Shown here piece by piece: positions 56,405 to 63,891 of a DNA stretch of 64,000 bases (position 1 is the first letter of the stretch; every line of letters starts with the position of its first letter). The DNA comes from a virus. The stretch spans positions 1 to 64,000 of IMG/VR virus record IMGVR_UViG_3300027806_000001. One strand, written 5' to 3'. Both the position numbers and the translations under genes were made by a program. The notes under the pieces are model-generated. The model searched no databases, was not told the origin of the DNA, and saw nothing but the letters and a program-made list of their open reading frames with translations.

Positions 56405-56931
56405 CGGAGGAAGTCCATGGCGGCCCTGACCAGGCTGGCCGCGTCGTCGTCGCCTTCGAAGGAAGCCTGGGCGACCATTCCCGGCGGGGGAGCCGCCGGC
56501 AGGCCCATCATCGAGGGATCCATGGGCATTCCCTGCGGGGGAGCGCCCGGGGGCGGACCCATGGGGGGCATGCCGGCGCCCGGCGGCATCATGGTCTGCA
56601 TCATGGCCATCTGGGCGTCCATGAGCTGCTGGACCATCTGCTTGAGGGACTGGACCTCGACGAACAGGTCGGCCGGAGTGGGCTGAGGAGCCCCGCCGCC
56701 CATCATCGAGGGATCCATGGGCATTCCCTGCGGGGGAGCGCCCTGGGGAGGCATTCCGCCCATCATCGAGGGATCCATGGGCATTCCCTGCGGGGGAGCG
56801 CCCTGCGGGGGAGCGCCCTGCGGGGGAGCGCCCTGCGGGGGAGCGGCTGGGACGCCGCCCGGCGCCGCCACGACGGCCTGCTTGAAGGGACCGCCCGGGC
56901 GAAGCATGTGTTGCGTGAAGAAGTCGGGCAT
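56401..56931 (-). CDS. Pro/Gly/Met/Gln-rich low-complexity protein, 176 aa
   Basis: APPQG repeats and GMPMDPSMMG x3 around one helix. Confidence 0.75.
   Translation of the reverse strand: MPDFFTQHMLRPGGPFKQAVVAAPGGVPAAPPQGAPPQGAPPQGAPPQGMPMDPSMMGGMPPQGAPPQGMPMDPSMMGGGAPQPTPADLFVEVQSLKQMVQQLMDAQMAMMQTMMPPGAGMPPMGPPPGAPPQGMPMDPSMMGLPAAPPPGMVAQASFEGDDDAASLVRAAMDFLR
56506..56845. repeat. four tandem 15-bp units (56786-56845) plus three 43-bp copies (56506, 56701, 56761)
   Basis: CCCTGCGGGGGAGCG x4; CATCATCGAGGGATCCATGGGCATTCCCTGCGGGGGAGCGCCC x3. Confidence 0.9.
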
Positions 56932-56940
56932 GGTCGCGCC

Positions 56941-56948
56941 ATTCTACC
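56941..56948 (-). promoter_or_regulatory. -10-like GGTAGAAT
   Basis: Intergenic, 9 nt before the ATG at 56931. Confidence 0.5.
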
Positions 56949-56980
56949 CTTTTCCCGCAAATGGCCCCAACACGAAGCCG

Positions 56981-57769
56981 TCAGGCGGTTCCCGAGAGCG
57001 GATTGTAGGGATTCAAGGGTCCGTCGATCGGGATGATCGACTCGCCCTCGTCCCCCGGGAGCAGTCTGGCGACCTTGAAGTCCGAGACGCAGACGCGGGT
57101 CGAGCATCGGATGGAGACCGGACCGGCCTCCATGCGGATCTCAGGGACGATGAGTCCGGAAAGGTCCCCTGGCCTGGTGGACCTGTCGAAGGCCTGGACC
57201 GAGAGCTGGGCGCCTCCGGCCAGACCCTGGCCTGCATCGAGCGCGGCGCCGGAAGTGGCAAAAGAGAGCCGGCAGGAAGGAGGCCTGTCGGAGAACAGGG
57301 ACTTGGCCGTGCCCAGCGGCGGCCGGGCGGGGGCGGTGGAGCCCGTGTCCAGCGAGGCTGCGGCAGACCCCTGAAGGAAGCAGGGCAGCTCCAACTCGGG
57401 AGCGGAGCCCGGCGGACCTACCTCCAGGCAGCCGTACGGCGTGTCGCAGTCGGCTCCGCCCCGGATGTCCAGCGCCGCGGCGGCCGGATCCGGAGAAATC
57501 GGGAACGCCATCCAGGCGCGGACCTTGGCCGTCTCGAGCTCGGCCCTGGCGGGAGCCGGGATCAGGTTGAACGTGACGAATCCCAGTTCGGCCCGGCCGG
57601 TCGCCGGCAGAGTCTGGGACCCGGTGAAGAGGACGATCTGGGCGGAGCCGTAGAACCCCATGTGGGCCGGGCCCGCCTGGAAGGACACGGTCGCCGTGCC
57701 GTTGAATCCATGCATCGGCCCGGCGGACATGGAGATCGAGGCGTTGGCGAAGAGCGGGATCGTCGGCAT
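56981..57769 (-). CDS. hypothetical protein, 262 aa
   Basis: AGGA SD; fills the gap in the gene-dense strand. Confidence 0.55.
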   Translation of the reverse strand: MPTIPLFANASISMSAGPMHGFNGTATVSFQAGPAHMGFYGSAQIVLFTGSQTLPATGRAELGFVTFNLIPAPARAELETAKVRAWMAFPISPDPAAAALDIRGGADCDTPYGCLEVGPPGSAPELELPCFLQGSAAASLDTGSTAPARPPLGTAKSLFSDRPPSCRLSFATSGAALDAGQGLAGGAQLSVQAFDRSTRPGDLSGLIVPEIRMEAGPVSIRCSTRVCVSDFKVARLLPGDEGESIIPIDGPLNPYNPLSGTA

Positions 57770-57778
57770 CGGTCGTTC

Positions 57779-58189
57779 CTAGGAGTGCCATCGGCCCTGG
57801 GGACAGGTGGCGGCGGGCAGCCGGGCCTTGCGGGAGAGCTCGGCTGCCGGCGAGTCGCCGCAGCCGCACTTGGTGCAGTGCCCGACGGGATCTCCGGGCT
57901 TGCGGTACTCGCACGTCATGCAGGCCGAGATCCGGGCCTGGATCTGCTCCTCCGTGATGGAGGACACCAGGGCGCTGGCCTCGGCCTTTGCCCAGGACGC
58001 CGCGCGCGCAGGCAGGGAGGGGACGGGACGCGGCACCGGCTGGGGCCGGGGGACGCCCTGGTCGCACTCGGAGCAGTTCATGGGGTCGACGCCCAGCCGG
58101 CACAAGGGGGACGTTCCGGCAAGGGACCAGTGCACGCAGTCCGCGCAGTCGACCAGGGTTCCGTTGATGCTCAGCTGGACGATCCTCAT
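57779..58189 (-). CDS. Cys-rich protein with CxxC...CxxCGC...CP..W domain, 136 aa (start re-called)
   Basis: ATGA overlap at 58186-58189; 11 Cys; RISACMTCEY...CTKCGC...RKARLPAATCPQGRW. Confidence 0.7.
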   Translation of the reverse strand: MRIVQLSINGTLVDCADCVHWSLAGTSPLCRLGVDPMNCSECDQGVPRPQPVPRPVPSLPARAASWAKAEASALVSSITEEQIQARISACMTCEYRKPGDPVGHCTKCGCGDSPAAELSRKARLPAATCPQGRWHS

Positions 58190-60705
58190 GTCACGGTTAC
58201 CGTAGAAGGGGGAGTCCAGGCGTTGAAGCAGCCGCAAGCCATGAAGGACCCGTAGCCGGTAAGCGGATCGTAGAGGGAGTTGTCCCAGGCGAGCGGACCC
58301 ATGGACGCCAGAGGCAGCGGCGTTCCGTACACCTCGACCGACGTCGGACCGATGTAGGCCGTCGCGACGGCCCGGCAGGCGTCCACCGAACTGCACGAGC
58401 ACCCCGCAGGCCCGTTGAACTCTCCTCCGTAGCCTGTCCAGTCGGACTCCAGATTCCAGGCAGAGGAGTGCCTGCAGTAGATCTGGGAGACGGTGGTGCT
58501 GACGGGTACGACCTGAACCTCGTCCCCGGGCGCAACGCCGCTCCAGTCGCAGCAATCGGCTCCCGGAGGCAGCGACCTGTAGCGAGGTCCCCACCAGAAG
58601 TTGCCGGCAGCCGAGGCGGTCACCCTGTCGCCCAGGACCTCGTTGATCCTGGCGGCGAACGAGGAGACCCTGCCGCTGCCGTAGAACCTGCAGCCGCTGG
58701 AAAGAGTCGACGAGCCGTCGGCTATCACCACCTCGCCCTCACCGCTGGCCGAGAGCCAGTTGTCGTCGTCGGCAGGGCACGTCCTGGTTATGGTCATGGC
58801 CAGGCTGAAGGAACCCGACGGGACGGCCTGCACGAGGCGCAGGTTGGACTCGATGAGCCGCTTAGGGCAGGTGCAAGGCCAGGTGCACGGATTCGGGTTG
58901 CCCGGTTGGGCGCATATTCCGATCGAGGTGCTGGCCCGGGGAAGATCGCACGGAGGCCCCAGTCCGTTGGCGCAGCCGCACTTGGGGTGGTTGCCGAAGC
59001 ACTGGGGGTGGGACTTGTCGCCTATGGGCGTGCCGTAGAGGCAGGGAGTGCGGTAGACGTGGGGAACAGGACCAGGGGTGACGTTTGGAACGCAGGCCTG
59101 GAACCCGGCTCCGCACCACGGATAGGCTGAGGCGTCCCAGGTGACGGTGCACGAGTCGCCCAGCTGCAGGCCTCCCACGAAGACCTCCGGCCCGACCTCC
59201 CACTCGTTGGGTTCCGCGGACGGGAAGCAGTCCTTGAGCTCCCAGCCTGTGCCGACGTTCCTGGGCAGCGTTTCCGAGGCGGCAGGGCACTCGGCGTTCA
59301 ACGACAGCGAGGTGTACAGGTAGTCGCAGCCCTGGTACTGGACGAAATAGCATTTGCCGGGGTCCGGGGTGCAGACGGGACTGGGAGGCAGCGCCAGGTC
59401 GCGACGGTACTTGTCGCACATGTAGATGAACGGAGGGCAGTTCCCGGAGTCGCATCTGCGGGTGCATAGCCCGGTGCTCGGGGTGGCCTTGGGCAGTTTC
59501 CAGACCCGGCAGCAGTAGTCGCTGAACGAGGTCCAGAATCCGCCGGATAGGTCGCTGGAGGTCACGACGCGGCTGCAGGGCCTCGGAGGCTCGATCTGGG
59601 AGCCCTGGGGATTTATGTAGAACGGCCAGTTCTTGTAGTTGAAGGCTATGAACTGAGGGTTGATGGGATCCGGAACGCAGGGATTGCTCCCCGCCGCGGC
59701 CAGCAGGTTGTCCAGCTGGGTCTGGGTCAGGCAGATGTGCAGGGCGGGCGGAACGCCTGCCGGCATCTCCGGACACGGGCAGTTTCCGCACGCCCTCCAC
59801 TCGAACACGACCCTGCCGTCGAAACCGGAGGTCAGGCCTCCGTCGCCTGTTCCGCGCTGAAGGTTCTTGGAGGTGAACGGACTGGCCTGCGCGTAGCTTG
59901 AAAATCCCTCGTGAGCAAGAAAGATGTTGTTGGTGAGCGAGGAACCCCCCGTCCCGGCTCCCCCATAGGTGACGGCGCCGACGGTCCTGGTGCCGCCTCC
60001 ACCTCCGCCAGCCTGGCCACCTCCGCCTCCGCCTCCGCCTGTAGTCGATCCGCTGGCGCCCGTTCCACCTGAGCCAGGGCTGGGCAGGTTTCCAAGAGAG
60101 CCTGTGCCTCCGAAATCGATTCCGCCTGCGCCTCCGTTGGTGGTCGTGGATCCTCCGGCGACGGCGATGTCGGTGGCAGGTCTTGCCGATGCGGAGATGC
60201 CTGCGTCGCCACCGCGGGATGTCTGGGACGTCTGGCTGGTGAAGTTGGGCGACCCTGCGGCACCGCCTCCCCCGGCGACGAAGTCCGTCGAGGTGTTCAA
60301 CCTGAAGGCGCTGGCTCCGCCGCCCCACCTGGTGTTGGACGCACCCGACGCCCCTCCAAACGGAGCTCCGCCGGAGGTGTTGTCGACCGGCCCGCCCTTC
60401 GCCACCCGCACAAACATCGACGTGGCCGGAAAGGTGACCTGGCTTTCCACGTATGCCCCGGCGCCGCCAGGGTCCGTTCCGTTGCCTGCTCCTCCTGCTC
60501 CAATCAAAACCACCCTGGATACCGTTCCCGAAGGAGGGTTGCTGTCGTCGGTCGAGGCTCCGCTGGCTATGAACGTCTGCGCGTTCCCCGGATTCTGACT
60601 GTTTATGAAGAACGTCCGCTGCTGCCTGTTCCAGCAGGGGTAGGCGATGTACATCTGCTCCGGACCCCCGCAGCAGCAGGGGGCGGCCATGATGGTCTGA
60701 GGCAT
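58186..60705 (-). CDS. Gly-rich / Cys-rich putative virion fibre protein, 839 aa
   Basis: PCCCGG N-terminus; Gly-rich domain (VVLIGAGGAG...GGGGGGQAGGGGGG...DGRVVFEW); about 43 Cys by hand count. Confidence 0.7.
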   Translation of the reverse strand: MPQTIMAAPCCCGGPEQMYIAYPCWNRQQRTFFINSQNPGNAQTFIASGASTDDSNPPSGTVSRVVLIGAGGAGNGTDPGGAGAYVESQVTFPATSMFVRVAKGGPVDNTSGGAPFGGASGASNTRWGGGASAFRLNTSTDFVAGGGGAAGSPNFTSQTSQTSRGGDAGISASARPATDIAVAGGSTTTNGGAGGIDFGGTGSLGNLPSPGSGGTGASGSTTGGGGGGGGQAGGGGGGTRTVGAVTYGGAGTGGSSLTNNIFLAHEGFSSYAQASPFTSKNLQRGTGDGGLTSGFDGRVVFEWRACGNCPCPEMPAGVPPALHICLTQTQLDNLLAAAGSNPCVPDPINPQFIAFNYKNWPFYINPQGSQIEPPRPCSRVVTSSDLSGGFWTSFSDYCCRVWKLPKATPSTGLCTRRCDSGNCPPFIYMCDKYRRDLALPPSPVCTPDPGKCYFVQYQGCDYLYTSLSLNAECPAASETLPRNVGTGWELKDCFPSAEPNEWEVGPEVFVGGLQLGDSCTVTWDASAYPWCGAGFQACVPNVTPGPVPHVYRTPCLYGTPIGDKSHPQCFGNHPKCGCANGLGPPCDLPRASTSIGICAQPGNPNPCTWPCTCPKRLIESNLRLVQAVPSGSFSLAMTITRTCPADDDNWLSASGEGEVVIADGSSTLSSGCRFYGSGRVSSFAARINEVLGDRVTASAAGNFWWGPRYRSLPPGADCCDWSGVAPGDEVQVVPVSTTVSQIYCRHSSAWNLESDWTGYGGEFNGPAGCSCSSVDACRAVATAYIGPTSVEVYGTPLPLASMGPLAWDNSLYDPLTGYGSFMACGCFNAWTPPSTVTVT

Positions 60706-60866
60706 CAGAAGAACCTGGGAATGGCCTTCTCGGCCACGGGCGGCTGCGCTTCGGGCGCCGGGAGGCTGTCAGGAACCTGCACCTGTTCCTCTGACACGGA
60801 GGCGGTCTCCGGAGGCTGCTCCGGAACATCGACCTGATCTTCGGGATTCTGCTTCTTCTTGGCCAT
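60705..60866 (-). CDS. acidic Pro-rich peptide, 53 aa
   Basis: Not in the track. AGGAG SD; MAKKKQNPEDQVDVPEQ...AIPRFF; TGATG overlap with the next gene. Confidence 0.55.
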   Translation of the reverse strand: MAKKKQNPEDQVDVPEQPPETASVSEEQVQVPDSLPAPEAQPPVAEKAIPRFF

Positions 60867-60885
60867 GCTGCGTCTCCTCATGACA

Positions 60886-60909
60886 AGGGCCGCACCTGCG
60901 TGCGGCCCT
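60886..60909 (-). terminator. perfect 10-bp hairpin
   Basis: AGGGCCGCAC-GCAG-GUGCGGCCCU; intergenic; weak U-tract. Confidence 0.5.
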
Positions 60910-60940
60910 GTGTTCGTTCAAGGCCGGAGGCCTGGTCCTG

Positions 60941-61069
60941 TCACTTCTTGTTCCACGGAAGCTTCGGCGAGATCCAGTCGTACAGCGGACGGCCTGCGAA
61001 GCCGCCGGCGATGAAGACGACGGCTGTGTAGAAGATGGTTCCGAGGATCGACGAGAAGAAGAGTTCCAT
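60941..61069 (-). CDS. single-pass membrane peptide, 42 aa
   Basis: Not in the track. GGAG SD; MELFFSSILGTIFYTAVVFIAGGFAGRPLYDWISPKLPWNKK. Confidence 0.7.
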   Translation of the reverse strand: MELFFSSILGTIFYTAVVFIAGGFAGRPLYDWISPKLPWNKK

Positions 61070-61128
61070 TGCTGTTTTCTCCAGTGAACCGGTCCGCTCC
61101 TGCCGCGCAGGCCGCGGGTGCCGGGGTG

Positions 61129-61362
61129 TCAGTTCTTTTTCTGCTCCAATGCTCGAAGACGGATCTCGAGCTCCCGATACTCCCCCTCGAGCCTGGTGAC
61201 CCTGCCGTCGGTGTTGTTCTGGCCCTGCTGGATGGTGCCCAGGATGCCCTTCAACTCCGCGATCTCCAGCTGGATCGAGGTGGCGATACGCCCCAGCTTC
61301 CAGCCGACGCCCAGGATGGCGCCAACGATCGCGACAAGGGATCCGAACTGCTCAATCGACAT
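61129..61362 (-). CDS. membrane anchor plus coiled-coil protein, 77 aa (holin- or XhlA-like architecture)
   Basis: AGGAG SD before the ATG at 61362; LVAIVGAILGVGW then heptads ending RLRALEQKKN. Confidence 0.65.
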   Translation of the reverse strand: MSIEQFGSLVAIVGAILGVGWKLGRIATSIQLEIAELKGILGTIQQGQNNTDGRVTRLEGEYRELEIRLRALEQKKN

Positions 61363-61376
61363 CGCATTGCTCCTGA

Positions 61377-62063
61377 TCAATCGAGGGTGATGACGACCGC
61401 CTGGCTCGTGAACGACGGGGTGTCTCCCTGGGAGACGGTGCGGGCGAAGCTGAGGTCGCCGTATGCCAGGATGGTGGGGATGCCGGGGCTGCCGGTGACC
61501 ATCTGCGTGGCGCTGGTCGGAACGCTAGGGTTTCCGGCCGACGCGGCGTTGGCGGTGACGCACCAGCCCCAGATGTGAATGGCGGTGCTTCCATTGAAGG
61601 TCGGGAAGGTGATCGGGCCGTTGTTGACCGCCTGACCCTTGTTGCTAACAGTGCTCAGGGTCCAGCCGTTCCAGTTTCCCGCGCCCGAGTTCATGGCGAC
61701 ATTTCCGCCGTTGGTGCCCGAAAGAGCCAGGTATTTGACGTTGGTGCAGAACTCCAAGGTGCCTGCGCTTGGCGTGGGCGTGCCGGCGGCCAGGGTGTTG
61801 GCAAGAACGTGGGTGTCGTTCAGACCAACACCTGGAGCCGGATTGCCCGTGGCCGAGGTGCTGCCGGCGATGAGGGTCATCTGATGGATGACGTTGGACG
61901 TCACCCTGGAGTAGATGCCGACGGTGTCCGCCGACGTGGTGTTGTAGATCCGCAGACTGCCGGCGGTAGCACCTCCTCCGGTGATCGGGGCAAGGCCGGT
62001 GATCGAAGCCGGAAACAGGGCCTGCATGATGTTGAGGGAGGCGGTGTTCGTCAGGGAACCCAT
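61377..62063 (-). CDS. virion structural protein (small tail-associated beta-protein), 228 aa
   Basis: AVNNGPITFP...ILAYGDLSFARTVSQGDTPSFTSQAVVITLD C-terminus is a pattern common in phage tail proteins. Confidence 0.6.
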   Translation of the reverse strand: MGSLTNTASLNIMQALFPASITGLAPITGGGATAGSLRIYNTTSADTVGIYSRVTSNVIHQMTLIAGSTSATGNPAPGVGLNDTHVLANTLAAGTPTPSAGTLEFCTNVKYLALSGTNGGNVAMNSGAGNWNGWTLSTVSNKGQAVNNGPITFPTFNGSTAIHIWGWCVTANAASAGNPSVPTSATQMVTGSPGIPTILAYGDLSFARTVSQGDTPSFTSQAVVITLD

Positions 62064-62091
62064 GTGGTGTCAACTCCAGGTTTGGAACTCG

Positions 62092-62120
62092 ATTCTAGCA
62101 AAAGGTGCCCCGGCGGGCAA
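62092..62120 (-). promoter_or_regulatory. sigma70-like promoter at the start of the structural region
   Basis: TTGCCC-17nt-TAGAAT with TG extension. Confidence 0.6.
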
Positions 62121-62169
62121 CTGAAGGCGGACAAAGGAGAAATCAACGTGATCCAGGGACCTGACGGCT

Positions 62170-62203
62170 AAGAAAAAGGCCAGGGCCCCGAAGGGCCCCG
62201 ACC
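62170..62203 (-). terminator. canonical intrinsic terminator
   Basis: GGUCGGGGCCC-UUCG-GGGCCCUGGCC followed by UUUUUCUU; 9 nt after the stop at 62213. Confidence 0.85.
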
Positions 62204-62212
62204 CGGAGGAAA

Positions 62213-62587
62213 TCACGCTTTCCTGAACCCGCGCTCCCGGAGGACCCGGGCGACGGCCTCGAGGGACGCCTCGACGTTCCGCTCCATGGCCTTGCTGTCC
62301 TGCAGCTGCTTGCGCGCCGCCGCCGCCAGCACCGGGTCTTCCTGCTCCATCGCCAGGGCCACGTTGACCAGGGACAGAGATCCACTGACCTGGTTCAGCA
62401 GGGCGTAGCAGGCCAGCAGGTCGTTGAACCGCTGCAGGTACGCCCACTCGGCCGTCACCGGCCTGAGGTGCAGCTCCAGCAGGACGGTCAGCTCCGGCCG
62501 GCCCGAGACCTCCTCGATCCTTCCGTCCTTGAGGACCACGGTGCAGTCCTCCTGTGCGCCCTTGGGCAGTTTCTTCGTCCTCGGCAT
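62213..62587 (-). CDS. hypothetical protein, 124 aa (start re-called)
   Basis: GGAG SD and GC3-rich codons from the ATG at 62587. Confidence 0.55.
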   Translation of the reverse strand: MPRTKKLPKGAQEDCTVVLKDGRIEEVSGRPELTVLLELHLRPVTAEWAYLQRFNDLLACYALLNQVSGSLSLVNVALAMEQEDPVLAAAARKQLQDSKAMERNVEASLEAVARVLRERGFRKA

Positions 62588-62697
62588 TCCAGCTCCAATC
62601 CGAATTCCACGATCATCTCGTCCATGTGCTCGGCCAGCGCGGCGTGCAGCCCCTCGAGATCCTCGGTCATCATAGCCCCCTTGGTTGAAAAGTCCAG

Positions 62698-63024
62698 TCA
62701 CGCGTTCGAACCCTTGGACGGCCCTCCCCGACGCAGGGCGCCGTCCGCCAGCTTCCACTTGACGAACTCCTGGATCATCCGCTCGGCCCGGACCAGATGG
62801 TCGGCCTGGGCCTGCGGCTCCAGGGCGTGGAATGGCACGAAGAGCTTCCTGAGGGGCTCGACGTACTCCTTCGCGATCACGCCCTGGTCGATCATCGAGG
62901 CCGCCCACTCGGCCCACATGCCGTGGATCTCCGCGGCGACGGTCTGCCTGAGGATGTCGTGCTGCAGCCTGTCCCGGACATGGGGATCCCTGGGGTCGTA
63001 GAGGTCCTTCGGATCATGCTTCAT
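62698..63024 (-). CDS. hypothetical helical protein, 108 aa
   Basis: GC3-rich codons; protein-like composition. Confidence 0.6.
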   Translation of the reverse strand: MKHDPKDLYDPRDPHVRDRLQHDILRQTVAAEIHGMWAEWAASMIDQGVIAKEYVEPLRKLFVPFHALEPQAQADHLVRAERMIQEFVKWKLADGALRRGGPSKGSNA

Positions 63025-63286
63025 CCGGCGATCCCCCTGCCATCCGCTGAACCGCGGCCATCGACCGCTCCGGAGTCATGCCGCCGAACGGGTCGGGCGT
63101 GGCTCCGCTGTCGGCGAACTGGTAGCCCTGCCTCTGCGGCGAGTACGAGGGAGTCCTGCCCTGCAGGCCCTCCGTCCAGATGCAGCCGCAGCACGCGCAC
63201 CTGTAGGCCCGCCGTCCATCGGTGGCCCTGCCCTTGTCGTAGGACCTGGCCCGGCACTGCCCGCAACTCCGCCTATCGCTCGTCAT
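63014..63286 (-). CDS. Zn-ribbon-like protein, 90 aa
   Basis: CGQC...CACCGC; GC3-rich codons; short overlaps with both neighbours. Confidence 0.55.
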   Translation of the reverse strand: MTSDRRSCGQCRARSYDKGRATDGRRAYRCACCGCIWTEGLQGRTPSYSPQRQGYQFADSGATPDPFGGMTPERSMAAVQRMAGGSPDEA

Positions 63287-63851
63287 TCGTCCTCTCCTTT
63301 CGAAACGGCTTGAAGTCCTTCCCCGCCATGATCTGCCGCACCTTGGCCAGAGACACCGGGGCGTAGCCGTTGCAGTCGACCCCGACGTCCCAGGACAGAG
63401 CCTGGGGATCGTCAGGCAGCCTGCCGTGGCTGTGCCCGTACAGGTGCCAGGAGCCGTAGTGGGACTTGTTCCACCTGCGCATGGCGTAGTGGCACAGCAC
63501 CACCGGCTGCCGCCTGCCGTCGACCGTCAGGTTCCGCTCGACCAGGGGGCAGACCTCCGTGAACAGCCCGGCGAAGGCCTTGCCCCTCGAGTTGCCCGCC
63601 GGCCACGGATCGTGGTTGCCGGGCACCAGCACGATGTTTCGGCACCGGATCCTGTTCCGGTAGTCCGCGGCCTGCTCCGGCCTGAAGCAGAAGTCGCCCA
63701 GGTGGAACAGCACGTCCTCCTCCCTGACGGACCTGTTGATCGAGTCGATCAGCGCGGCGTCCATCTCCTCTGCCGACGTCCACGGCCTCGAGCAGTGCCT
63801 CAGGATGTTGGCGTGACCGAAGTGCGTGTCCGCTGTGAACCAGTAGGCCAT
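63273..63851 (-). CDS. calcineurin-like metallophosphoesterase, 192 aa
   Basis: All motifs present: DTHFGH, LGDF, GNHD, LCHY, GHSH, DVGVD. Confidence 0.9.
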   Translation of the reverse strand: MAYWFTADTHFGHANILRHCSRPWTSAEEMDAALIDSINRSVREEDVLFHLGDFCFRPEQAADYRNRIRCRNIVLVPGNHDPWPAGNSRGKAFAGLFTEVCPLVERNLTVDGRRQPVVLCHYAMRRWNKSHYGSWHLYGHSHGRLPDDPQALSWDVGVDCNGYAPVSLAKVRQIMAGKDFKPFRKERTNDER

Positions 63852-63857
63852 GGGTGC

Positions 63858-63865
63858 AGTGTACC
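63858..63865 (-). promoter_or_regulatory. -10-like GGTACACT, 6 nt before ATG
   Basis: Direct reading; leaderless geometry. Confidence 0.45.
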
Positions 63866-63891
63866 TCCTTCGAACCCGGCTCGAAACCGTG

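Noticed and set aside
56506-56845. CRISPR-like repeat array
   Set aside because: Repeats are in-frame coding units without unique equal-length spacers, and no cas genes are present.
62134-62171. Plus-strand mini-ORF MIQGPDG with AAAGGAG SD
   Set aside because: Only 7 codons, no plus-strand promoter recognised, and it lies in the purine-rich complement of the terminator/promoter region; probably chance.
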